A stretch of 64,000 nucleotides of DNA. Origin: Octopus vulgaris (taxonomy: Eukaryota). This document shows positions 15,581-29,826 of this stretch, piece after piece. The DNA lies in contig OX597841.1 of NCBI GenBank assembly GCA_951406725.2, positions 11,222,001 to 11,286,000 on the forward strand. The letters run 5' to 3'. Each line of letters begins with the position of its first letter. Positions within the stretch are counted from its first letter, which is position 1. A program made the translations under genes and the position numbers. The notes under the pieces are model-generated. The model had not been told where the DNA came from, did not search any database, and was given only the letters and a program-made list of their open reading frames with translations.

Positions 15581-15977
15581 TCCCCCCTCTCTCTCTCTCT
15601 CTCTCTATAACGAGTTCTAGCAAAGTGCTGGGCCTTGGCCGACCCATTCAACTGTGACGGTAACAGATATTACACTAATGAGAGCTGAAAATTAGCTGTA
15701 ATTAACAAAACTTAACGATGAATGGCACACATTTCCCTCGTAATTTCTTTTGCTAACGAACCACATATCATTTATTCATCTGTTTAATCATTTCATTTTT
15801 AAATATTTGATAATTAGCGTTTATTATTAAGAGTGCATGTCTGTGCTTATCGATATGAATGTCTTTTTCTTCCGAAACGAAAGAAATGCCTTTTTTCCGG
15901 ACGATCGGCTTGAAGAATTTTTAAGACACTGGGTTATTTTCCTACTTTTCTTAACATGAAACCAATGGTAGCCTTAA

Positions 15978-16367
15978 TCTCTCTCTATATATAAACGGCA
16001 GTTTGTCTGTGTGTGTTTCTGTGTGTCTGTCAGGTTGTACCCTCACCCTGACCACGGCTTTCAACCGATTCTGATGAAACTTGACACACACATAGCCCAA
16101 TGTCATAATTCAAAACTAACGCAGCGAAAATTTTGAAAAGTTCCCCCAGTTCTGGAGAAAAAATCGATAAATTCGACATGGGGTCGAGAATCAGAAACAC
16201 AAACCACAGACTGTCTAGGGGACGCAACTCGACCTTTTTTAACTCTCAAAAAAAATTTACCATCATTTTTTTCCCATTTTTTTTGCTATTTTTTGGCTAT
16301 AACTCTCTAAAAATGCTTTATAGTTATTTCCCTTACAAACCTGAGCAACGCCGGGCGATACTGCTAG
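15978..16367 (+). mobile_element. Non-autonomous Helitron
   Basis: A|TC start, 3' subterminal CCTGAGCAACGCCGGG hairpin, CTAG|T end; 3' end shared with 57799-58195 and 58779-59291. Confidence 0.85.
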
Positions 16368-16779
16368 TTCGCGAATAAAGAAATTATATCCACCAATGCT
16401 TGAAGCAAAATCTCTTTCGAGTTTAATTTAAAGATACATAAATTTTGAGAAATTGTTATTCTTACTACGATATTCTATCTTAGAATTAATTATTGTGAAT
16501 AGCAGGGCCCCGAAATAATGAAACAATACCGAAAAAGGAAACTGAAGCAATCATTGCTGAATTTCCAGCCTGATTCATCTAATAATGCTAAGCAGAAGAG
16601 AATTGCAAACGAAGTTGATTGCCGGGGAGTAAGTCTGAGTACGGCGAAGACCACGAGTGTGTGTGTCCGTGTGTTATTGACGAGGCACGAAGCGGCGATT
16701 TCACTTGAGAGAGTTCTCGGTATCGAGCACGAGTGCGACCGGTTGATTGCCAACCAGTGCAAAGTTTGATCCAAAATTT

Positions 16780-17400
16780 ATGGAAATCAGAGGCGTGACT
16801 TCTCGTCAAGCTGATATACTGTTCGATTATTGTTAGAGTATTCTCTTTCAAAGAAAGCCTTGTTTTTGTTTTGCTTGTCAGCACTTTAATACTTCTGCTC
16901 AAGCTGATACGTGTTTTATTAAAAATGGATATTTTAATTGGCATCATGCAACAAAAAAAAACTACAAAAAACAAAGGTTTAAATAAGCACGCAAACACTG
17001 CATCCCATATCCAAGCTATGGTGACATGGAAGGAACGCCAACAGCGTTTATCCACAACAACATCCGTGTCTTCAATCTTGCAAAATGATCAGTTGAGCAA
17101 AAACCGTTATTATATATTGTTGATATTGTTCATTTTGTTTGTGCAAACGAATTGCCTTTTCGGGGAAACGAAAAGGAAGCTTTTCAGGATATTTATTCGG
17201 AAGATGATACGTAACTTTGTGGTCTTTTTATGAAATGATTCCAGTACACATTAGAGAAAGACTCAAAGCTAATGGAATGTTAGAGCACGATTCCAAAAGA
17301 TGCGACCTCCACCTCAGAAGCAATGCAAAACGAAATCATCGAATTGTTGAGAAGACCCACTGTCAGCCTAGTGGTCGATGTTTATTTGAAATTATATAAA
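16780..17400 (+). pseudogene. Decayed hAT transposase N-terminus (TTF zinc finger / ZMYM1-DUF4371-like)
   Basis: Across frameshifts: RRDFSSS*YTVRLLLEYSLSKKALF-CFACQHF ... KGLNKHANTASHIQAMVTW ... IVDIVHFVCANELPFRG. Confidence 0.75.
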
Positions 17401-17670
17401 AATAATGTTTAAAGATTTGGTTGTTATCTCTAGCATGTAGAAAGACCTTTTAGGCTTAACTATGTGCCTGTTGAAAATCATTTTTTAAAATCTTGGATTC
17501 GATACATTCGACTAAAAATTCTTCGAAGTGATGGCCCAGCATGGCCTCAGTTTAATGATTGCAACAAGTAAAATGAAAATAAAAACGAAATATATCAGAA
17601 GTTTTGAGCAGGTTTGGCGTCAAGAAATGTGGGGGAAAAAAACGAAAAATATAACCGCAAAATATAAGCA

Positions 17671-18409
17671 TGGCGCAGGAATGGCTGTGTGGTAAGTAGC
17701 TGGCTAACCAACCACATGGTTCCGGGTTCAGTCCCACTGCGTGGCATCTTGGGCAAGTGTCTTCTGCTACAGCCCCGGGCCGACCAATGCCTTGAGAGTG
17801 GATTTGGTAGACGGAAACTGAAAGAAGCCCGTCATATATATGTATCGGCAAAAGAGACCGATAGAATAAGTACTGGGCTTACAAAGAATAAGTCCCGGGG
17901 TCGATTTGCTCGACTAAAGGCGGTGCTCCAGCATGGCCGCAGTCAAATGACTGAAACAAGTAAAAGAGTAAAAGAGTAAAAGAGTAATATATATACATAG
18001 GCGCAGGAGTGGCTGTGTGGTAAGTAGCTTGCTAGCCAACCACATGGTTCCGGGTTCAGTCCCACTGCGTGGCATCTTGGGCAAGTGTCTTCTGCTATAG
18101 CCCCGGGCCGACCAATGCCTTGTGAGTGGATTTGGTAGACGGAAACTGAAAGAAGCCTGTCGTATATATGTACATATATATATGTGTGTGTATATGTTTG
18201 TGTGTCTGTGTTTATCCCCCTAGCATTGCTTGACAACCGATGCTGGTGTGTTTACGTCCCTGTTACTTAGCGGTTCGGCAAAAGAGACCGATAGAATAAG
18301 TACTGGGCTTACAAAGAATAAGTCCCGGGGTCGATTTGCTCGAGTAAAAGGCGGTGCTCCAGCATGGCCGCAGTCAACTGACTGAAACAAGTAAAAGAGT
18401 AAAAGAGAG
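17671..18409 (+). mobile_element. Two tandem SINE family A copies
   Basis: 17671-17986 (internal deletion) and 17999-18409 (full length). Confidence 0.9.
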
Positions 18410-18554
18410 TATGGGGCTTTTGTCCACTTTCACACTTCAAGTAGGAGCTTTAGTCCGTACCCCTGTTCAGCACCCCCGCGGATATCAAGATAGCACCCCC
18501 GGTTGCAATCGGCTGGCTACGTGGTTGACCCACACCCTCGTAGATACGCGCAAA

Positions 18555-18838
18555 CATGAATGACCATGGGATTGCACCTAGGAAGTTACCCTCCTAGACA
18601 CAAGTCCGGGCAAGGTTGTTTATGGAAGACCAGCAGTCGCCCCTTTGCATACCAGCCTTCCCACTCCATGCCACCAGTGTTATCCAAGGGAAAGGCAAAG
18701 GGGCCGATACAGCTTGCCACCTGTGACACTGCAACTCATTTCTAAGGCTGAGTGAACTGGAGCAACGTGAAATAAAGTGCCTTGCTCAAGAACACAACAC
18801 GCAGCCGGGATTCACGATCGTAAGCTCGACGCTCTAAC

Positions 18839-18841
<3 letters not shown>
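18555..18841 (-). mobile_element. tRNA-derived SINE (family C-related)
   Basis: Minus strand TGGTTAGAGCGTCG...GTGTTCTTGAGCAAGGCACTTTATTTCACGTTGCTCCAG; core shared with 21140-21386 and 63568-63815. Confidence 0.75.
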
Positions 18842-18913
<72 letters not shown>

Positions 18914-19289
18914 CGATAAAATAAGTCCCGGGGTCGATTTGCTCGACTAAAGGCGGTGCTCCAGCATGGCCGCAGTCAAATGACTAAAATATAATGATAA
19001 AAGAATAATATATCAATATATATGAATAACACCCCCGCCCCGCTACACATCCACACACACACACACACACCCGGCCACACATCTACACACACACACACAC
19101 ACCGCCACACATCCACACACACACACACACATCCACCGCCACACATCCACACACACACACATCCACACACACAAACACACACACCGCCACACATCCACAC
19201 ACACACACCGCCACACATCCACACACACACACCCCGCCACACATCCACACACACACATACCCCCGCCACACATCCATACACACACACAT

Positions 19290-19323
<34 letters not shown>

Positions 19324-19524
19324 CGCCACACATCCACACACACACACACACGTGTACCAGCTGCTGTTGAGAATAGCAAATTTAAGAACAAAAGTCGTGA
19401 GAGGAGCGGAAGGAGCGGCAGAGCAGTTTTGAATCCTATTTCACTCGTGGCGCTTACAACACAACTAGTATGAACAACACGTAAGTACCCAGGGTATATA
19501 TATCATAGATATATGTTGGAGTGC

Positions 19525-19591
<67 letters not shown>

Positions 19592-19820
19592 TGTGTATGT
19601 ATGTATTATGTTTGTATGTATGTATTCATTTATGTATGTATGTTTGTATGTGTGTATATATGTATGTATATATGTATGTATGTTTGTATGTATGTATGTA
19701 TGTATGTATCTATACATGTATGTATGTATGTATATATGTATGTATGTATATATGTATGCATGAATGTATGTATATATGTATGTATGCATGCATGTATGTA
19801 TGTATGTATGTATGTATGTA

Positions 19821-19855
<35 letters not shown>

Positions 19856-19883
19856 ATACAAATATATGTCTATGTATATGCTA

Positions 19884-20100
19884 GTGGGTGCGGAAAAGAT
19901 GCTGGGCTTTTAGGGTATCGTGAAAAGGCCTGGTTGGGGACCCGACCTTCGAGGCGTTGTTTTGGTTTTTTCCTTTTGCCGTGCTTAGAAAAACTCGAGG
20001 ACCGCCGCCAGAAGACGGGAATAAGTCGGGTAGAATCATAATTAACAGATCCTCCTGTATTTTATTTTACCCCAAACCAGGAAGCTTTCAGTCAACCCTT
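19884..20100. mobile_element. Mariner-type MITE
   Basis: Degenerate TIRs; homologous in opposite orientation to 36001-36210. Confidence 0.6.
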
Positions 20101-20101
20101 C

Positions 20102-20133
<32 letters not shown>

Positions 20134-20256
20134 ATGAATACATGCAAGTATACGCAGACACACACACATATTTCTGTGTGTGAGTGCGCATGTGTGTTTC
20201 GTTGCTTTCTTTCGTTCTTTCTTTCATTCTTTCTTTCTTTCTTTCTTTCTTTGTTT

Positions 20257-20399
<143 letters not shown>

Positions 20400-20416
20400 C
20401 TCTATCTATCTGTCTG

Positions 20417-20785
<369 letters not shown>

Positions 20786-21091
20786 AATATATATATAGAC
20801 AGACATACATACAAACATACATACAAGTATACATACATACATACATACATACATACATACATACATACATACATACATACATACATACATACACATACAT
20901 ACATATATACACACAAACATTCATACATGTATACATACATACATACATACCTACATACATACATACAAACATACATACATACATACATACATACATACAT
21001 ACATACATACATACATACATACGTACGTACGTACATACATACATAGATACATACATATATACGTACAGACATACGTACATACATACATACA

Positions 21092-21123
<32 letters not shown>

Positions 21124-21139
21124 ATGATAATTATAGATG

Positions 21140-21383
21140 CGCCCTTTTAAAGCCTAGCTAGGCTCATGGGCCCAGTTTCCCGGTTCCAATGGCGTATGTG
21201 TTCCCCAGCTGGACGGGACGCCAGTCCATCGCAGCGTTACTCATTTTTGCCAGCTGAGTGGACTGAAGTAATGTGAAATGAAGTGTTTTGCTCAAGAACA
21301 CAACGCGTCGCACCGGTCCAGGAATCGAAACCACAATCTCACGATCATGGTGCTGACACTCTAACCACTAAGCCACGCGCCTT

Positions 21384-21386
<3 letters not shown>
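21140..21386 (-). mobile_element. tRNA-derived SINE (family C)
   Basis: A/B-box-like head GGCGCGTGGCTTAGTGGTTAG...GGTTTCGATTCC; second copy at 63568-63815. Confidence 0.85.
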
Positions 21387-21477
<91 letters not shown>

Positions 21478-21928
21478 TTAATACATCTTTAATGATTCGC
21501 TACAATTGTTTTTGTACCAACTCTGTTCGCAGTGCAAAATTATGCAAAAATTCGACGTGAAAATTTACATAATGTTTGCTGTTTGGGAAACTAGAGAGAA
21601 GCTTCATCGACTTACATGAAAAGTGTGCTAACTTAAGAACCCGCAGGGAGTGCGGCTTTAAAGCTTTTATATATATATATATTTATAAATGAGGGTGAAA
21701 ATTGATATTAATTTAATAATACCATTAATTTAACACCAAGTGGCTTAGCACATAAAACTAGGGAGATAATACAAATTTATACATAAATTATTAGAGAGTT
21801 ACCACTATGTGGATAGCTCTAGAGCTAAAAATAGCTCCGTTAGTATAGCCACAGAAAAGATGTTTCCAAGTAGAAATATCATTACATTTAACGGAAGGAA
21901 AGTGAAACATAACGAAGAAATAGATTGA

Positions 21929-22002
21929 CCCTGAACAATTGTTTCATTACTAATGTAATATGTAATTTTACTTACATAGACATTTATAAATCATCAGCAG
22001 AG
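21929..22002 (-). ncRNA. Type I hammerhead motif inside a fold-back element (21680-22068)
   Basis: ctctg-CTGATGA-long stem II-GAAA-CAATTG-TT-caggg; flanked by ~46-bp inverted repeats at ~21813-21858 and ~22021-22066. Confidence 0.75.
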
Positions 22003-22070
22003 GTTTGTCTTAAATACAATTTTTTCTGTGGCTATACTAACGGAGCTATTTTTAGCACTAGAACTATTTA

Positions 22071-22125
<55 letters not shown>

Positions 22126-22355
22126 GTACGTTTTTATTATTATTTTGCAATTTACTTAATCATTGGTATATTATTGTTATATTACTTTTAATATTTCTAT
22201 TATATATAATTTTCTAGATGGAGTAATTTAATCGTTCATTTTGAATTGATAAAAGGTGTTTTTTTTTTCTAATTTTGTAAAATTTGATTTAGTATTTCTA
22301 AATTGAAATTGTCCCTGTAAGTTAGGAATAATATTCCCCTCAAATAATTATTATC

Positions 22356-22890
<535 letters not shown>

Positions 22891-23329
22891 TAGGTCACTA
22901 GCTAAAAGAGGGCAGTCCAAGGGACATAACTCTGAGAAGTCAGAGCTGCTTTTTGTTGCTCGGTTATAAACCCACGTGGGTTTATTTACATTTCTGAAGA
23001 AAAAAGATACCCTTCACCCCGCCCCTAACCCTAACCCCATATATATATATGAAAAAAAGAAATTTTACGGAAAGTGACGATCTTCTTCTTCAAATGTAAA
23101 CAAATACACGTGAGGTAAATGAGACTCATATCGAAAGAATGCCTAAAACCCTATAAGGTCGCAAATATCAGCGCTTCCCTATGCCTCCATCGCGACGTCG
23201 AATGGACCTTCAGGGTCAGTTCGTTTGACCCAGGGTTGAATCCTGGTTGAATAGTAGCTCTATATTTTATAGGGTGTGCACTTCTCCCGATTTATGACAT
23301 TGTAACGAATATATACATATATATATATA

Positions 23330-23522
23330 TAGTTAATCCAAACAAGAAAGCACAAAAAACACAACAACGCGAGGACTTGGAACAAAAATAGTATTATTGG
23401 ACGCTCAGGAAAGAAGGGAAGAAGGAGGGTTTAACGTTTCGAGCGGAGCTCTTCGTCGGAAGCATAGGAGAAGGAAAGATCCAGAGAAGGGAAGACAGAG
23501 GAAAAAAAAGTCGCCAACGGTA

Positions 23523-23525
<3 letters not shown>
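23330..23525 (-). mobile_element. Short (TA)n-anchored element with CCGACGAA hammerhead variant
   Basis: Minus 23429-23463: CCGACGAA-gagctccgctc-GAAA-cg-TT-aaac; second copy at 34268-34485. Confidence 0.65.
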
Positions 23526-23573
<48 letters not shown>

Positions 23574-23587
23574 TATTCTGATATACG

Positions 23588-23657
<70 letters not shown>

Positions 23658-24197
23658 CAAGGAAAAATTATAAAAAGGCAGAATGCTAAATTGAAGGTAA
23701 ATTTTAATGAAAATGGGTGTATGGAAAATTAAAAAAAATTTTTTTAATATTAACTCCAACCGGTATTCGTCGCAATTTGAGTTTTCAAGAATTGTAAGGT
23801 GAAAAGAAAGTTTTTTTTTTAAATTGAGGAGGGGAAAAAAATTTACATTGTTTTTTGCAAAAAAATAATAGACATGTACAAAAATTAAAAAATAGGTATA
23901 CTGATACATTGTAAAGTGTTTGTGTATCTCGAGTTCAATGATAATCCTTGGAAAACTTACCTCGGAGGATTAAGATCCATGTGATTAAATCCATGTGATT
24001 AAATCCATGTGGTGTTTAATTTAGGATGTTTGTTAAATGAATGTCAAAACATATATATATAATTATTTATATATTATATATATAGGCGTAGGTGTGGCCG
24101 TGTGGTAAGTAGCTTGGTCCCGGGTTCAGTCCCACTGCGTGCCACCGTGTCTTCTACTATAGCCTCCGGCTGACCAAAGAAGCCCGTCGTATATATG

Positions 24198-24272
<75 letters not shown>

Positions 24273-24486
24273 TTGTGTGTCTGTGTTTGTCCCCCCATCG
24301 ACTAAAGGCGGTGCTCCAGCATAGCCACAGTCAAATGACTGAAACAAATAAAAACGTAAAGAGAGAGTATATATATATATATAATTGTTTATATATATTA
24401 TATATAAATTATACATATTATTTGTTATTTATGTATTGGTTTATGTCTATCACTGTTTGAGTTGCATAATAGTGGTTTTATCTCTA

Positions 24487-24535
<49 letters not shown>

Positions 24536-24607
24536 GGTCCCGGGTTGATTCGGGGTTAACCACAGTAAATAAGGTACTCAATACATAGCAGAGTAAAATT
24601 AATTTAT

Positions 24608-24727
24608 TATATAGAAGGAGCTTCTACAGGACTAGAACTGTTTCATTCAAGAGAAATCATCAGGAAGCATCCTGATGATTTCTCTTGAATGAAACAGATC
24701 TAGTCCTGTAGAAGCTCCTTCTATATA
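24608..24727. repeat. Near-perfect 120-bp palindrome with hammerhead-core-like motif on both strands
   Basis: 58-bp arms, 4-nt loop (24666-24669), one mismatch; CTGATGA...GAAAC on each arm; embedded in (TA)n. Confidence 0.8.
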
Positions 24728-24731
24728 TATA

Positions 24732-24775
<44 letters not shown>

Positions 24776-25320
24776 TTATATATGCCTACAGTATCTTCGG
24801 ACGTGTGTGTCTATCAAGAGCTGTGGGGTGATTAGTCACCAGCGAAGCCACAAGTGTCTGAATGCGCAGTGTTCTTATTATTAGTGACGGTCTTCCACGG
24901 TCATAAAGTGGACAGCCTTCATGTGTGTATAGATAATAGGTCACCTACGTCGATTAATCTCTTCGGGCGATACAACATTATTAGAGGGATATTTATACCC
25001 ACTGGTCAAACTGGGGTAAACATCCCTCTGTTGTTCATCCGTTAATGTTATATCCCCTGAAGAAATGAATCTGCAAAGAGGATCTCACCGATGGCCACGG
25101 GTACTACGGACTATACTGTAATCATCCCAGGAATACGGACTATGATATTAAGGGGCGTGTGATTTGTGGAAACGCGTGTAGCGAAGAATTAAATGTTTAT
25201 AAATTCCATCTAAGGATTGTTGTTATTATTATTAGAGGCAGCGTCATTAGACTGTGACTGACATCATGGAGCAGGAATTTTATTTGTATTTTCAAAAGGT
25301 TTCATGTAAACAAATTTTAA

Positions 25321-25391
<71 letters not shown>

Positions 25392-25519
25392 TGTATGTAT
25401 GTATGTATGTATGTATGTATGTATGTATGTATGTATGTATGCATGCATGCATGCATGTATGTATGTATGTATGTATGTATGTATGTATGTATGTATGTAT
25501 GTGTGCATGTATGTATGCA

Positions 25520-26800
25520 ATCGTTCAGTTTTTTCTTTCAAGATTTCTTGCCGGTCGAGAAAGAGCCATTTTCTAACCTAGATTTAAGGCTCCTGCTTCG
25601 AAATTTCAACATTAACAACATGGTTTTTTGTTTGCATGTATGTATGTATGTATGTATGTATGTATGTATGTATGTATGTGTATGTATGTGCAGATTTGTA
25701 TGTTTTATGTGTGTATTCTCGTGCATATAGTTGCATATCTAGACATGCTCATATATATATTCAAATAATAAACTTCTGGAAAGTTTTACAGATTTTTACA
25801 GTTCCAGTGATGGATTGGATCTGTAGTCTTTGAATTAGCTTTCTCCTTTCTGGTTTTGTGAAGCCTAATTTCTCAAGATTGGTATTTAGGCAGTGTGTTA
25901 CATACATATCACAGGGCCCCAATAATTACAGGTATAAACCTGACCTTGTAATCTGGATAGAGTAACTTCAGATTTCTGAATAGTTCAGCGTAGGTGTTCT
26001 CTTTTTCACTCATCTTCAGCTTTATTTCAACATCCGCTGGGAAGCTGATTTCCACAACTCTGCACAGTTTCTCTTCCTCATCCCAAATCATTATGTCAGG
26101 TCTCTTATGCTTACATTTTATTGAGGTCTTCCCGGGGACATTCCACCAATATTCCTTTTTATTATGAATGGCTATGGCTTCTACCACGCTGTCGGTTCTT
26201 ATTTCTTTGTCCTCTGGGTTATCCTTCCCACGGATTTTATTATAGAGTGTCCTAGCTACAACATCTTGTCTCATCGGTAGATAATACAATGATGATATTT
26301 TCGGACAACTGCTTATGATGTGGGTGATATCTTCAGTGTGAACTCCACAAAGTCTGCATCGGTTGTCACACTTTACGGCTTTACTTGCACCTCTATCCCT
26401 TTTGTGCATCAGGTACTTGGTTGATATTTCCTGTTCCTGGATTGCAAACGCATGCCCTTCAAAGTGGAAGGTAGTAATCTGGCTATTGGTCCATGATAAA
26501 CTACTTTGATGATCGAATGTTACTGTCATCTCGGAGCTTTCTACTAACATATCTATACATAGTCTTCTGCTCATAGAGGCTCAACCTTTCATCTGATAAT
26601 ACGTTACAATAGAGACGTGCGACTTCTTTGGGCATGTATTCTAGGTTATCAGACAAAGAGTGTTGCTCAAGGAGCTGCCTTCCGAGTCTTATGATGTTAT
26701 CAGCCTCATGTATGCAAACTTGGTCAAGGGATGCACTTTGACACTTGGTGGTTAAAAGATGTTGCCGAAGGGATATGATGCGACATGCAAAGGCATTTTG
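25520..26800 (-). mobile_element. 5'-truncated RLE-type non-LTR retrotransposon (R4/Dong-like), decayed
   Basis: CCHC knuckle CRLCGVHTEDITHIISSC; restriction-like endonuclease RPDI...VEISFPAD...EKENTY; PVIIGAL; the ORF continues past a stop/frameshift to ~25762. Confidence 0.85.
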
Positions 26801-27639
26801 GATCGATGCTAAGCCTCTTCCTCCTTGATTTTCTTTTAGGTAGAGGCGATCTACATCACTGTTTATGTGGAAATTATGTGTGTTTCTCAGTTACTTTTCA
26901 GGTTTTCCCATCAATGGCTCGGACCTCATCAAGCGTCCAATCAAGCAGCCCAAATGTCGGTATGTATGTATGTTCGTATGTATGTATGTATGTATGTATG
27001 TATGTATGTATGTATGTATGTATGTATGTATGTATGTATGTATGTATGTATGTATGCGTGAATACACACACGCATACATACTCACACAGTATATGGAAGA
27101 TGTATGTAGAAGTCCGAATATCATTTCATGATGTAATAACGCTTTTAGATTTCTTAAATCAAATATTCATATTTGTTCTCTTAAAAACAAAAAGATACAT
27201 TTCTTGGAAAAAATGTTTTAAGTCGAGGGTGTTTGTGTGCCGTTTGTAGGGAAAACGGTAAACGCGTCTACATACAGAATTATCAAACAAGGCGAATAAG
27301 TAAAAAAATGGAAGAATTAACACAAGATCCTTCTAAGACTCCCACTAAATCTCTTTCCTTCTTCGTCTCTCCTCCATTGTTAGGAGTAAAGAAAATACAC
27401 AATATCTGTCATGCGTTAGTATAATGCTAATTCTAATTTTAATTTTAATTTTAATTGACTCAGAGGCTTTCATTTCCTTCTATTTCTTTAAACCTCCCAT
27501 CCACTGTTAAGAAAATCGATCGTATATAATTCCTAAAGATTTTAAATAAACATAGACCTGCTAATTTTGTGATTTCAAGCTATGTCGTACTGTGGGGCTC
27601 ATGAGAACGGCGAAATCGTGCTATCTGCAACTTTTAGGG

Positions 27640-28150
27640 CACTTAAAAAGAAAGAGTTTGTGGCTAGGAATGAGAACCCAGTTTGAATGACCATCTTCAA
27701 TCGAATTCTCATTCATCCTCCTTATTCTCCTGATATCTCTCCTCCTGATTATCCCGTATTTATTGTTATACGCAAAAAAATATTCTTAAATAAAGAAGAG
27801 GCAATTGAAGCTTTCAGTTTGTCAGTGTAAAAGATGATAAATTCTTTGAAGATGGAATATATGTCTTAGAGGAACGTTGGATGAAGGATAAATATAACTG
27901 TGACGATTTCAACTTCCAGTTGTAACGTTATTCCTGTGGAATAGAAAGGAGCCGCAACACACGCCAAAATCCTCCATCCTGAAGATGAGAATGTGGAACT
28001 CTGGAGACGGCGATGAGGGCTTTAGGAACTTTATGTCATAAATAAACAAGAATCATATTTTGATTAAATAGATAAATATTCTAGAACTTAAAATACAATT
28101 TTAATGTTTCCGTTTCCGAATGCGACATTTCATGTGAAATAACCGAGTAC
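27640..28150 (+). pseudogene. Decayed mariner transposase 3' end, interrupted by a 145-bp insert
   Basis: HPPYSPDISPPDY (YSPDLAPSD-like) and FFEDGIYVLEERWMK | insert | VINKQESYFD*. Confidence 0.75.
27890..28034 (+). repeat. 145-bp inverted repeat, left arm
   Basis: Reverse complement of 29827-29971 with 4 mismatches. Confidence 0.95.
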
Positions 28151-28189
28151 TACATATGTATCCTTTTTTCTTTCTTTCTTTCTTTACAG

Positions 28190-28970
28190 GAATCCGTATG
28201 TTTCCCGGTACGCCACTGCTCTTCTCCCGATCGCCATAATCTGCTTCACCTGCCTGCTGTTTTTCTTAATCTATGAATTCTGCTTGTTGTTCTGCCTGAA
28301 GTCCTCCTCTTCGTCGTCATTGTTTTCGACGTCGCCATTGCTCTCGTCCTCATCGCCTCCGTCAGCGTCGATGACAGCTGACACAAGCGGGTCGTTCCCT
28401 CACGGAGCATCCGAAGAGTCGAACAACATGAGCATGTTAGACAGGCCTCCCTCTTACTACGCTCCAACTTCGGCGCCGAGCCGTGTGGGTCTGGTGTGTC
28501 CTGTTGCCGACGGAAGGGCCCAGAATGGCCAGAGCAACGTGGTTATTCCAGTGATGGACCCCGAACTTCTACAACGAATCATAGTTCTGCATCGGATCGA
28601 TGGCACGGAGCATTACCGCATGCTAGAGAAATACGATTGGCTCCCTACGCAACCAGGTGAACTGTACGGCGCCAGCCCGCCGCCGCCGTTTCTCGCCAAC
28701 GCCGAATCGTCTCAAGCACCACACCAACAGCATCTGCAGCAGCCACATCTTTACGACGACAACGACGATGATAACCACGACGACGACGGCGATGAAAATG
28801 ACCAGCAGCAGCAGCAGCAGCAGCACCACAATTGTCAACAACAACAACAACAACAGCAACAACCATCTATGTTAAGTCAAGCTCAGATGCCACCCGTGCT
28901 ATCACCAGCCAGTGACGAGACATTCCTATATCAGAGGTACCACCCGCCACCCCCTTATGAAGCTCCCTAG
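28190..28970 (+). CDS. Terminal coding exon of a single-pass membrane protein with PPxY motifs
   Basis: Strong polypyrimidine tract plus CAG at 28187-28189; open frame NPYVSRY-ATALLPIAIICFTCLLFFLIYEFCLLFCL (TM)-K...RPPSYY...polyD/polyQ...HPPPPYEAP* (TAG 28968-28970); GC-rich, codon-like sequence. Confidence 0.8.
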
Positions 28971-29620
28971 GGGTTGCGGGCAGAGCACCTTTGACAGCAA
29001 GTACCTCTGACAGCTTATGTTAATAGCTGTAGCCTTCTGGTTAGACGTGTTCTTTCCGCTTCTGTGAATCTCAGCATCGCGTGATTGTTACCGAGGTGGT
29101 TAATCCCATGGTTAAGTGATCCAATAATTATTTGTAAGAATTTTAAAATCACAATCTGAATGGAAATATTTACAGATTTCTCATTTAGTTCGCCGTAGGC
29201 GTTCTCTTTCTTAATTAACCTACAGCATTAGGCCAACATCAGCTGGGCACCTAATTTCAGTCACTGTATATAGCTTCTTCTCTCACATATCCCTGATCAT
29301 AATGTCTGGTCTGTTGCGCCTGCCTTTCATAGAATTCTTATGTATTTGTATCTATCTACATGTCTGTTTATATGCACGTATGTGTATATTGTAGACATAT
29401 ATACTGTATGAATTTTTGCAGGTGTGCATGTGTATATGTATACGTGTATGAATGTACACACACACACACACACACATACATACATATATATGTATGTATG
29501 TATGCCTGTATGTATATAGTAAGTAAATAAATATGCATATATGTATGCAAGTGTATTCAGGTATGTGTATATGTATTTATGCATGCATGTATAGAGCACG
29601 TATGTATATAAGTATGTAAG

Positions 29621-29682
<62 letters not shown>

Positions 29683-29826
29683 CGCGTGTGCATGTGTTTG
29701 TGTGTGTGTCTTTGCGTGTGCATATGTACGTGTGTGTTGCATTGAATATATCGACTTATTGTGATATAATTCTTTTATTATAAATGACTTTTTTCTAATC
29801 GAATTCCTTGCTGTTAGTTTGGAGCA

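Noticed and set aside
16071-16080. CTGATGAAAC as a hammerhead core
   Set aside because: No stem II; part of the Helitron body.
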